NCBI RefSeq assembly: GCF_036321535.1
Contig: NC_087437.1
Span: forward strand, 53,384,001 to 53,448,000
Direction: 5' to 3'
DNA from: Camelus dromedarius
Lineage: Eukaryota
DNA length: 64,000 nt
Shown one piece after another: positions 1 through 12,400 of the stretch (its first letter is position 1; every line of letters begins with the position of its first letter). A program made the translations under genes and the position numbers. The notes under the pieces were generated by a model, which was not told the DNA's origin, did not search any database, and saw only the letters and a program-made list of their open reading frames with translations.

Positions 1-757
1 TTAAAAATTTTAATTTGCCTCAGTTTATCTTTTTATTAATGTTAATATGTATAACATTTCCCAATATTTATGAATACTTTCTAAGAGTAGAGTCTCAGAT
101 ATAAAACTAATATTTGAAAGTAATATGAATATTTTAAGATTCTTGGCACTTATTATCAAATTGCTCTCCAAACAGATTTTACCCATGTACAGTCAAAATA
201 TGAGAGTGCCCATTTTACTTAACTTTTGCCATCACTGCTTCACAGCACCATCACAGCATTATCACTGTTTCCCCCACCAAAGTGCTAACTTATAACTGCC
301 TGAGTAATAAAGAGAGAATTTAGTATACCCCTATCACGTCTCAATCCTTTATACTTGGACTCATAATCATACCAATGGGATGAAATTACTCTGGAGAATT
401 CTGACTTCTTTATTTGCCTAAACCGTTGATCCACTGATTTGTTTTTCCTTCTTAAAGTACTACTGAATCTCTGTACGCTGTTTGGTGCACTTGTTTACCC
501 CCTCCTTGGAGCCCTTTGTCTGTCTCCATCTCTCCTGGCCGCCTCACGAATGTTAGAGTCCCTGAGAGTTTCGTCTTGACTCTTCTCACTTCATATGCCC
601 TGCCTGTCAGTCTCACCTACCACACAACTTCAATTTATTCATTGGTCTTATTCCATAAAATGTCCTCCTTTGCCTGTATTTTAATCTCTACCCACCCCCT
701 CCACTCTCATGGCCCTATACCCTCAGCATAGAAATGTACTCAAATCTTTTCCATTCC

Positions 758-931
758 TTTTTTTTTTTTTTAAGGAAGTTTTTCCTTCCTAACTCACTTA
801 AAGAAAAAAAAATTTTTGGTGGGGGGTAGGTAATTAGATTTATTTATGTATTTGTTTATTTAACGGAGGTACTGGGGATTAAACCCAGGACCCTGTTCGT
901 GTACTTTACCACTGAGCTATACCCTCCCCCC
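758..931 (-). mobile_element. tRNA-Ala-derived SINE (Vic-1-like)
   Basis: tRNA-like head with an internal deletion, TAAA-rich body, A tail. Confidence 0.85.
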
Positions 932-3900
932 TCCATTCTTTTTAAAGGCCCTTCCTCAGTCCTGTATTCCTCTCTTTCATTTATTCCTTTCTTCTGTTTA
1001 CAGCCAAGCTTTTAAGAACAGTGCTCTCAACTTCCTCAACTCCCATTTCTTTTTTGTTTGTTTGTTTTTATTGTTATTTTCTTATAATCTATGCAGCTAG
1101 GATTACAGAGGATGGGATGAAGTTAGCAATAAACTACATCAACAGGCTTAAAAGGGGAATTGGGTTATGTATCTGTACACCCCCACTACCACCACCGCAT
1201 TTGTTGTGAGGGCTGGATAAACAGTCCCTCTAAGGCTGTCTCTCTAGCTGATGCTGGAGCCTGAAGGCCACAGGGCATGTGTTCTGGAAGAGAAGACTGA
1301 TGCAAAATAGGGGGATGGAGAGCAGGCTGGAATCCACAAGCATCAGTGAGAACCCCATGAGGGCAGACTGACACCCACATCCATTCCTTTTCCTCTGACC
1401 TTGGTGAGGAGGGTATCCTGCTGAAGCTGGGTCTTTTGTCACTGCTACCTGGAATGATCTTTGTGACAACCAAACCCTTAAAACCCTCCCATGACTCCCA
1501 TGCTTTGAGAATGTATTCAAATCGTACAGCACAGAGGGCCCTCAGGTCCCTGCCTGCCTACCTCTCTGGCTGGGTAGCCTGCCCTCCGCCTGCTCCCCCT
1601 CCTCACCTCTTTCCATTCCCCTTCTAATTTACGCACGCACACATACACACACACTTGAGTCATATAAAATCACAGTAGAAATTACCCCTAATATTTGGGG
1701 CCCGGTTTCTTCAAAGTTAACAGTAATGTCAAAGTTTAGGTATCTTAATTCCAAAAAAAGAACACTTGAAAAACTATGTCATTACCTGTTAAAACAGAGA
1801 AGAGGCTGGGAATTGTAACCAATGAGGCTTTACAAGGGAGGTATCCCCCATCACATGTGGACTTTATTACGAAGAGTATGGCCTTGAGCTCTTAAGTTAA
1901 GTCGTCCGCTCTGTTGTCACTGACCAGTCATTAGCAGCCCCCTGGTGTCTGTTATCCACCACATGCCACTGGAGCAAATGATTCTCAAGTTGTTACGATA
2001 GAAGGAGCTGAAATATAGTCACCTATTTTAAAAGTCCTTTTAGAACATGTCTGGGTTTGGCTTCACTGGGGATTAGCCTCCCCTGGATCTGCATGCTCCC
2101 ACTTCCAAGTCTTGAACACTGATCCCTTTGCCCTTCCATTGCCCTTCTTCATGGAACTAGTTCTTATTTACTTCAAAGCTTGTGTGGAATGTCACCTCCT
2201 CCAGGAAATCTTTGCTAATTCCTTCTGGCCCCTAGTCTGCCCAGGACTGGGTTCGGGATTAACCCCGAGGTTTACTTTTGTGGTTAGACTTATCACACCA
2301 TATTGTCTGCTGCTCAGGGAAGGGATTGTGCTGTTTTATCTTTATCCCCAGCACCTAGCAGAGTGCCTCTCACCGCTTCACTCACTGAAGAGGAATTTAG
2401 GACATGACCTGAATGGAGGAACTTCCTTCTCACCCACCCCCTCAAAGTCCTGATCCATCCATCACTGAGGAGCCCAGAAACCCAAGTTTCAGACATTCAC
2501 ATGAAGATCATTTCCCAGTGTGAATACTGTTTGCTATAATTTTGTGGAGGGCAATGTGGTAAATTACATCAAAAGCTTTAGCATTAGGAACTTCCTTGAA
2601 CTCAGTAATTCTATTTCAAGGCATTTATACTAAGAAAATAATTAAGGGGGTGCCCGAAGATTTACCCACAAGACTGTTAATTGTAGCATTGTTTATGTAT
2701 TATAACAGAAAAATTGAAAACAATCTACAGGTCTATAAAAGAGAATGAATTTGAGTAATTGAATACATTGGCAGTGAACCACTGTGTAGTCATTAAAAAC
2801 TAAGTTGTACAAATGGGTTTATTTATATGTCAAGATGTTCATGATCTATTGTTGGATTTTAAAAGCAACTTATGATATAGTCGGCACAGTATTATATTAT
2901 TTTTATATAAAAATGTGTGTAATATATGCATAGAAGAAAGTATAGTGGAATAGTCTTATCTTTTTTACTTTCTGTTATTTGAATTTTTCTATAATGCATA
3001 TAAATTGCTTCTAAAATATTATTTTAGCAAGAAAAACATTTAAATAACTTGGAGTGAGTTCTCCAATCCCTTTACCTGAGCTCCATTAATAGGCATAAAT
3101 GCTTTGGGCCCAAAAGAAAAAAAATGACCAAATATTAAGACTTGTCATTGGCTGTACATGCATCACATACATGGTCTCATTTAGTCCTGTAAAATAGACA
3201 TGTTGTCCACATTTTCAATGATGAGAAAACTGAGTCCCAGAGAAAAGAAACTGCACTTGTGCTTGAAGTCACGCAGCTAGTGACAGATTCCATCCAACAG
3301 TTTACCCAACAATCAGCCCCCGCCTTTCTACAACACCACACAGCAGAGGTCCCACTCAGGAGCACCCACCTCTGAGGCCAGTGCCAGCCCTGGGAAGGGT
3401 GAAATAAATTCATTCCTGAGGTCAGTGTTCTCTGACGTAAGCCCACCAGAGGCCAGGGACCCCTGCATTAGCAGCAGCTGGATCAAAGCTGTGGGAGTGT
3501 CTATTGGTTTTGCCCTGTAGTTAATGGATAATATTCTCTCTGAGTATTGACTCAACAAAGTTCCATGGTGAAGGAAAACGACAAACACCACGCACTTGCC
3601 CAGAAGAGCCCCAGGTAGGGGGAGCCTTGGGTTCAACCCCTGGCTGGATGTGTGGTCCCATGCAGACCACCAAATTTCCCAGGACTTCGGTTATGCCATT
3701 TAAACAAAGTGAGGGTTGGCCCGCCCAGTCTCCACGGACACTTCAATCTCTATCACTCCAAGACTCTGTGACAGAACACACATCACACAACATGCAGGAA
3801 GGGCATCTTCACAGGAAAGGGGACAGGAACAAACATCCCCAGGGTCTCAAAGACCCCAGTTTCACCAGCCTTCAGAGAGAGGTCTTCCTGTTCTTATTTT

Positions 3901-4868
3901 CAGGATGAGGAAACTGGTTCTTAGAAAAGATACAGGGACCATTTCTCAAGCTTCTGAGCAGCTTCTGCTGTGGAACTTCAGACTCTATCAACCTCTCCTC
4001 ACCCCTTTCTTATTCTTTGTAAGAATCTGTGATTGTGATAACTTACAAGTTTTCTGGAAAAGGAGTGAAGGACAAGTTAACGTTTTCTCTGACAGAGTGG
4101 CAAATGGCTGGCACATTTTTCTCCTCTGACAGAAACACAGACGTCTCTGCCCAGCTCAGCTGAGGGTCCTTTAGCCTGGCTCAGGGGGTGCAAGATCAAC
4201 TCTTTCTTAAAGGGACATTCCTCAAAGCTTACTTATTCTTCACTTATTTCCCAAAAATAAGGGCTGAGTGCTGCAGACCATTGTCTCCACCCAGGAATCC
4301 CTAACAGCCTGTATTTCCTCTGTGTGCTTTGAGGACCTGGGGCCTGAGAACTTGCACCCAGTACTGCTGAAGACACTGCTCAGAGCCTCCCAGGACTTCT
4401 CAACTGTGTTTTGAAAGTGAAGGACATTTAACAAAATTTTTGAACACTAAAAAGTGGAAAGGTAATTCTCACAATTTAGAAACAAAGAAAATGACTTCAG
4501 AAACGTTCTCTGTTCATTTCCTATGAAGAAGATACTGACGCAATGGGGAAGAGGCAGAAAATGTAAAAAGATCACCCACTCCCTCCAGATTTAGGGCAGG
4601 AGTTTTCAATCTTCCCTCCTTCCCTGCTAACCCATCCTGGTATCCTCATCCCTCTTCCCTGGTCTCTTCTCCCCTTTCTTTCTCCCCATTTCCCCTCCCT
4701 CTTATAGCATCAACAGGAGCTGCTCAGTTCAGCTGGCAATTAGGTGGTATTACCAGCAACAGGCATAATTGAGGGGTTACCTCCTAGAGGACATAATCCT
4801 CATCCTTGTCTGCTGTGCAACTCGGACAGGGCTACCAGCCTCTCCTCTGTGCTCCCATAGCATCCAGG

Positions 4869-4894
4869 GTGTGTGTGTGTGTGTGCGTGTGCGT

Positions 4895-4929
<35 letters not shown>
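4869..4929. repeat. Compound (GT)n/(GCGTGT)n microsatellite
   Basis: Read directly. Confidence 0.95.
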
Positions 4930-5049
4930 AGTCTGCATTATCTGCGGATTCCGTATTTGTGAGTACACCTACTTGCTGCTACTCATTACTAATCCCCAAT
5001 CTTCACTCCTGTTACTTCAGCAGAGCCACGCACAGAGTGCTGGGAAAGT

Positions 5050-5430
5050 AGAGTCCCGGGAGGCAGCCGCTTGCGTTCCCAGCTGAAGTCAAACATGGCG
5101 GCACCCCGCTTCTAGTTTCCGCTCTGATGCTGTAAACAAGTGTCTTTTTTGCAGTTTATTTAGTGCCGCGTTTTTCACAATTTTGTGGGTTTTGTCGGTA
5201 ATTTCGCTGTTTAAAATGGCCCCCAGGCATGGTGCTGAAGTGAACAAGGAGGCTGAAAATGCATGTGTGAGACCAGCTTCGTTCAGGTATAAGTTACAGT
5301 GTCTGGTAAATTCAATGTTACCGAAGTAACAGTAAATATTAAATAAGATATGTTTTTGAACAGAAACATATAAAACAGGGTTATGTATTATTATTGATCA
5401 GTTGATAAAAATGTTGTGACCAGAGGATCA
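5050..5430 (+). mobile_element. Tigger-type DNA transposon fragment (MER44/Tigger7-like)
   Basis: Recognised internal sequence aaatggcccccaggcatggtgctgaagtg...aaaatgttgtgaccagagg. Subfamily from memory. Confidence 0.65.
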
Positions 5431-6809
5431 CTGGTCACACACACACACAGACATACACACCATATTGTATCTTCTCCTTACGAACATCCCTTCTCCTCTA
5501 GGCTCTCTGTACTTTTTGAGTTGGAACTCTGTCTAGTTCATATCTCAGTCTCCCTGCTATTTAGTATCTGATATATAGAGATGCTCAGCAGGAGGATGAC
5601 GAACGGAAAGCCAACAACCATCTTCTAAAGCTGTTTGAACCAAACTGAAACATCCCCCCCACCCCTCGATCCCCCCAACCCCTCCTTCTGTTGGACACTC
5701 CCCCCCCCCAAGGCCTGAATCCTGCTGTGGGTTGTTTCCTCAGTTTCCTTAGTGTGGGATTAGTGATTGGTGTGGGAGGGCTCTTGTAATAGCACCAACT
5801 GAATAAAGCAAATGCCAGCTTCATAGCTTTACTTTTATTCCCCGTGCTCTTGGGCTCCCTGGCCCTGGGAGAGTAAATGCTGCCAACTTCTATGAGAAAG
5901 ATGAGATGCCACCTTATAAAGGACAGAGTCCATCTTATAAAGGAATGAGTGTTTCCCTGTAGAAAATTACAGAAATGTAGTGGAATTCTGACAGTCCATC
6001 TCTACAATCCCAATAGAGCTAGTCTATTAATTCTGTCCTGGACTCTGTCCCTGAGCTCAGCCCTGGTGGCCTTATCCATCCTCGGGTCTCCTACTGTCAA
6101 CTCTGAGAGGCTACCTTCCAGCCCTGGCCTCTCTCACATGCTTGTCAAACAGTTACTGAACAAGTGCTATCTGGTAAACACCACCTGGGTACCCTGCCAG
6201 TATGTTAAACCCAATACTTATTCCAAAATTAAGCTCCTTATCTCTTTCCTATCTTTCCCTCAAACCGACACCTCCTCTCAGTACATCTCTTTCATGGTGC
6301 TCCTTCCTCACACTCTCCCCAAATCCCGCCTCTGCAGCCATTTCTGGCCCTGCTCCGCCCATGTCCCCTGTCAGCTGCTGGCTGAGGCCCGTCACAGAGC
6401 CCTGCATGTTGGATGAATGGGCGAACTAAGGAAATCAACCAGTGATTCAGTCCTGGGTTCAGTCCTGCTGAAGTGTTCCCTCCTTGGAGATTTAGGATCT
6501 GAAGAGTATGAGGCAGAGATTATCAAGAGTAACGGAAGACAGGAAGGCTCAGAGATGAAGACTGGTTCCGCACAAGCACCGCATCAGGCCTCACTGACGC
6601 AGGGTTCCAGAACTGGTGTGGGGATCACCTGTGTGGTGGGTCACTTAATAGAAAAACGAACACATGCACTCAGACAATCTACTGGGAGTATGAATTGGCA
6701 CTTTTGGAATCTATGTTGTTAGAAACGCCTCAAGCTATAAGCATTTGGCCCCAAATTTAAATCTTCTCATTGAGAGGTGACTTTACATTTAAGGATTCCT
6801 GTTATTTGG

Positions 6810-7183
6810 CACATAGTCAACTTGGGCTGCTGTAACAAATACCATAGACTGAGTGGCTTAAACCACAGGAATTTATTTCTCACAGTTCTGGAAGTTCTAA
6901 GTCCTTGGCTAGAAGTTCAAAGTCAGGGTGCCAGCCTGGCTGGGTTCTTGATGAGGACGCTTCCTGGCTGTAGACGGTTGCCTTCCTGCTGTGTCCTCAC
7001 ATGATGGATAGAAAGAGCTCTGGTCTCTTCCTCTCATAAGGGCACCAGTCTCATCATGAGGGCTCCATCCCATGATATCATCCAAACCCAATTACCTCCC
7101 GCAGGCCTCACCTCCAAATACTATCACATTGGGGATTGGGTCTTCAACATATTGATTTTGGGGGGACATATTCAGTCCATAGC
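6810..7183 (-). mobile_element. MaLR solo LTR (MLT1-like)
   Basis: gggctgctgtaacaaataccatagactg...ttcagtccatagca is typical of MLT1. Confidence 0.8.
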
Positions 7184-7589
7184 ATTTCAGCATTTACGGT
7201 AAATAATGTTATTAATAATTTTCTGCTTCTTGGGAACTATATTCAATTGCTTGTGATGAGCCATAATGGAAAAGACTGAAAAAACTATATATGTATGTAT
7301 GTATAGGTATAACTGAACTGCTTTGCTGTACACCTGAAACTAACATTGTAAATTGACTACAATTCAATAGAAAATAAGAATTTTTTAAAAACTTCCTGCT
7401 TCTTAATCATTATCTGGTTTTTATAAAAGTAGCAAATTTTAATCTTTATAGTATTTGTAACTTTTAATTTTGATTATCTTCAAAATTACTGCATTATGGT
7501 AGTACAAAGAACTTTCATGGACTCTGTCCAGATTAACCGATAGTTGACTTTTTGTCACATTCTGTCTCTGTGTCTTTCTCTTTCTCTTT

Positions 7590-7590
<1 letters not shown>

Positions 7591-7627
<37 letters not shown>

Positions 7628-7650
7628 TCACAAACACTCACACACACATA
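7591..7650. repeat. (CA)n microsatellite
   Basis: Read directly. Confidence 0.95.
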
Positions 7651-8424
7651 TTCACATAAACATTTTTTTTTCTGAATCATTTGAGAATAAGTTACAGAGA
7701 TCATCACTTTTCTTTTTATCCCTAAATATTTCAGGTCTATTTCCTAAGAACAAGCACATTTTCTTACATAATCACAGCAGTATAGCTATCAAATTGAGAA
7801 AATTTAATACATATACTATTATAAAATTTACATTCCATATGCAAAATTTGCTAACTGTCCCAATGGTGTTTTTTAGATCAGTCGTTCCTCCTTATCCTGA
7901 GATTCAATCCAGAATCAAACTGGAATCACACACTGTAGTTAGTCATTAAGTCTTTTTAACCTCCTTTAGTCTAGAACAGTTCTTCAGCCTTTGTCTTTCA
8001 TGAGCTGCCATTTTGGAAGAGTACAAGCTAGTTGTTCTGTAGAATGCCTTTTGAATGCCTTTCAACCTGAGTGTGTCTCATCTTTCCTTGTGATTAGATT
8101 TAGGTTATGCTCCCCCACACGCCCCAGGAATGCCATGTGCTCAGTGCATCCCATCAGGAAACACGTGGTATGTCTGTCCCGGGGTTGGTGATGTTAATTT
8201 TGATTATTTGGTTTAAGGTGGTGCCTTCCAGGTTTCTCTGCTTGTATAATTATAGTTTCCCCATTTATAATTAATAAGTAGTTAATACTTAATAAGTAGC
8301 CTTTGAGGAGATACTTTGAATCTGTATGTTCCATATAAAATTCTCACTCCACAGTTCTAATATAGATTGATGATTCTAGCCTCAACTAGTTATTACAATG
8401 ATTGTATTACAATTTTGATTTTCT

Positions 8425-8571
8425 TTTTAACATTTTCATCTTCATTTATTTATGTTGGTGTGGCAGTAATTAGGTTTATTTATTTATTTACTTATTTTAA
8501 TGGTACTGGGGATTGAACCCAGGACCCTGTGCATGCTAGGCATGTGCTCTACCACTTAGCTATACCCTTCC
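8425..8571 (-). mobile_element. tRNA-Ala-derived SINE (Vic-1-like)
   Basis: Same head and AACCTAATTAC body motif. Confidence 0.85.
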
Positions 8572-9319
8572 TGCTTCAATGTTGATTTTCAAACTGTGTC
8601 ATTTCATCTATGTTTAGTAATTGGCATTTTATTGTAAACAAAAGTTTTACCTTCTTCCTTAGTACCAGTAAGGACTCATGGGTCATGATTTTATTCAATA
8701 CATTGTAATTCACTCCTATTATTATTCATTTTGATGCTTAGGTTGTCCCAGATTTGGCAATGGATTTCCTTTAGGTGGTTCCTTTTTATGTGAACTTAAC
8801 ATTCTTTCAGGGCTTGCTTCCTTTTTGGCACAAGACCATCTTGTACTTTTTCTTTCTCTGGAATCAGTCACTTCTTCAAGGAGCTTTGCTTGCTTTTTAT
8901 GGGGAACAGGATTTAGAAACAAAGATCTGAGCGCTGGCTAGGCTCCTGGTTCCCAAGTGCCCTTCTTCTGGGCCTTTGCAGTGGACAAACTGAGAAAGAA
9001 GAATACTTTCATATGGTTCCACTCTCACTTGTGCTACCTACGTAAAATTATGAATTTATTCTGTCACCTCTAGTACCAGCCCAGACTCAGAGCATTTTCC
9101 TTGTCTTCCCCCATTCTCGCTGACTTCCCCAGTGAGAACCCGGGTTTCCCAAGAGCAGAACAGCAGTATCATTTACTCAGAAAAATCATTTCAGGAATTG
9201 CAACACCCTTTCCACTCCGGAAAAACAAACCTACTAAAGAGAGTTCGAAATTTGTTTGCATTTCTTTTTTCTTTAGACTGATAATATATCATCAAAGAAT
9301 TGCATTCAAAAGTTACCCG

Positions 9320-9480
9320 AGAAGGGTGGGTATAGCTCAGTGGTAGAGCACATGTTTAGCATGCACAGTGTCTTGGGTTTGATCTCTAGTACCTCCATTA
9401 AAAAAAATAAACAGACAAATAAACCTAACTACCTCCCAACCAACATAAATAAATAAATAGAAGATTAAAGAAAAAAAAAG
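9320..9480 (+). mobile_element. tRNA-Ala-derived SINE (Vic-1-like)
   Basis: GGGTATAGCTCAGTGGTAGAGC head, A tail, TSD ATTCAAAAGTTAC at 9304-9316 and 9481-9493. Confidence 0.9.
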
Positions 9481-12400
9481 ATTCAAAAGTTACTTGAGTT
9501 AGTTCTCTTTTTTTCTCTTTCACTGTGGTATTTATTTGAAACACAGACTCATTTGTTTTGGTTTGTATTCAATTTTAGTTCCTCCCCTCTATCTTTATTG
9601 AATTAATTTTATTGTTTTGCCTAGGGAAAACATGAACAGGATTCCAGAAGTCAAAACTTTACAAAAAGGAATATTCCAAAAATAGTACTAGCAATTTTGA
9701 GTAATATGTTTTTGTCTCATTAATCTTTAGAATTGTCTTTAATGACTAATATGCCTCCCTTCAATAGGATTTGGTGAGACCTCCCATTGAACACATCTCC
9801 TCCTTGCTCGACTCAACATTGACAGTCCCATATCTTTTTTTTCTTTCCAGCTTTATTGTGATATAATTGACATAAAACATTGTGTACATTTAAGGTGTAT
9901 AAAATGATGGTTTGATATATGCATATATTGCAAAATGATTACCACAATGAGGTCAGTTAACACATCCATCACCTCACATCTTACCATTTTTTCCCTTTTG
10001 TGTGTGTGGTAAGAACATTTAAGATCTACTTTCTTAGCAACTTGCAGGTATAAACACAGCACGGGTAACTAATAGTTGCCATGCTGTGGGTTAGAGCCTT
10101 ACAACTTACTCATCCTATAACCAGAAGTTTGTACCCTTTGACCACCATCACTTACTTCCCCCACCTTCCAACCCTTATCCTTTTATTTCTTCATCAAAAT
10201 CGCCTCAACCTCCAACATGCAGACCAAACCCAGAAAAGAAGCAACTAAATCATAGCCGAGCATCTACTGAAGGAAAATGTGTCAGAGTGGCAGCCTCTCC
10301 GTGAGAATGAGTCCTGAAATCAAGTTCTGGTTCTGTTAATTTGGCCAATGTTACCACACCTGCAGTATTGGAAAGGACACAAGCTTTGGAGTGCCCCAGT
10401 CTTCATGGGGGTGAAGATACCTTCCAACAAGGCTTTATGAGGACTGAGTGTAAGCACCTCACACTCAGCAGTGCTGGCATGTAGTAGTGTGAATCCCCTT
10501 CCCTTCCCTGGTCAGGGAGTGGGCAGTACTGGTCACGGTGGAATTCAGCAATATATCCACCCACTGGGAGTGAAACCAGCACCTCTGGTGAAGGAAGCCA
10601 TCGGCACAACGGCTGTGTCCTCCCGTTTGGCTTGTAAAGGTGTTGGCAAGGCAGCTTGGGAAGAGTCCAGGTCTGAGCAAGATGATGGCAGCTCCTCAGA
10701 AAGAGGCTGTCCCTAATTAAACTTTAGCCTTCTGCCTAGGACTGCACCTCTAATTTGGGAACCAGGGTGTATGCCCAGCACTGGAAAGCAGCTAACAAAG
10801 ACTGCAGCTCAGCCATGTGTATTGTTGCCTGGCATTCTCAAGTGACAATACAGTCTGTTTGCAGGATATAAAAGGATGATCAGAGAGGAAGGACTTGGCA
10901 GTGTTTGTCCAGCCTGCTGGGGAGACGGCCAGGGAGGCATCCCTCTCCTGTGTAGATTAACCATACGCATCTGGTTTATACATCAGTTGCTTGTGTATAG
11001 GGTCCATGTGAGTTAGCCTGAGTGACCCAGGGTGCTCAGAAAGGCCTGAGAGTGCGCCCTGCAAAGTTGGGACATCCCTGACATCTCTTTATAAACCAGC
11101 ACTGCTGCCTCCAACCTTCTTCACGATGGTGAGCATGAGATGTGGGTTTGGAGATCCCACCTGCCTTCCCTTAGGGCCCCTTCCTATCTTTTAGAGTCTC
11201 TTTGGTGAAGTGCTAAGGGCCAGCTATGTGCCAGGTACTTTATTTGTGTGTGGGATCCCACTTGACCCTCACATCCATCTTTTGGGTTAACTGTGGTCTC
11301 AGTTTATCAATGGCCACACAGTGGACGAGTGGTAGAGCCGGGATTGCACTCAAGCAGGTTTGAGCCCAGAGTCTGTGCTCTTGGCCACAACACTATATAG
11401 GGGTTCTTGGGGGAAATCACACTGTTGATCTTGTAAGGCTGATTTGCCCCAAGAATATTTTGATACTAAAAGATGAGCTCTAAACCTTCTGAATTTTGTC
11501 ATACATTGCCTAAATGTGGATGAGAAAAGTAAGGGGGAGAGAGAGGTTCCAAAGGTAGGGGACTTTGGGAGACAAACTGCCAACAGGTGGCCTGAGGCCA
11601 CTGGGTGGGTTGGGAGCAACAAATACCATTCAGTTATAGAGGAGGCAGCTGAAAGGTTGGGAAGAACATAGAAGATAAACTACATAATTCACATTCTTTA
11701 CTTTTACTGCTCCTGTCCCACTTCCTTGGACACCCTCTCTACTTAGCCCATCAGACATACTCCTATTCATCCTTCAGGCCCCAGCCAGAATGTCACCTCC
11801 TCTGGGAAGCCTTTCTTGACTGCCCCAGCAGGGCTAGTTCCCCCACCCCCTCCGCTGAGGAGAAGAACTGTGCCTTCCTCTCTGAAGCTATACTGGCAGA
11901 TGTACAACCACACTTAAAGACCAGGGCCAAGCTGCTTAACCTCTCTGTTCCTCAGTTGTCCTCATTTGAATAAGGGGAATAATAATGGTACCTCCAGCAG
12001 TGGGTTGGTCGTGGACCTTAAGTGAGAGGAAGAGCACAGAATGTTTAGCACAGGGCTGGGCACGCACGGAGAACGCGTCAGTGTTATTTAGTATGTATAA
12101 TGCCAGGCCTTGATAGCCAATGGAGTAAATGTTCATTCAGTATTTGTGGAAGGAAGAGGAGATGACAGAAGGAAAAAAGAGGAGAGAAACAGACCAGCCA
12201 GCTGCAGAGATCATCTTTAATGAGGGCAGCGCCAACCTGACATTTTGGAGCTGGGGCTGCTGCACTTTTCCTGAGTCACAACCTGCCCTCCTGGGTCAAG
12301 ACTTGGTACTTCTAACCCCCCAGAGGCCTAATCCCTGGAACCCCCTGCCCTGTGCCTCTCCCAGCTGCGGCAAACAATACCTCACCCAGTGGCCTCTCCT

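Larger units (their letters stand above)
7230..10175. mobile_element. Cluster of old L1 3'-end fragments, mostly minus strand, with nested SINEs
   Basis: L1 3'UTR-like blocks at ~7230-7390 (+), ~7430-9700 (-) and ~9840-10175 (-). Confidence 0.65.
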
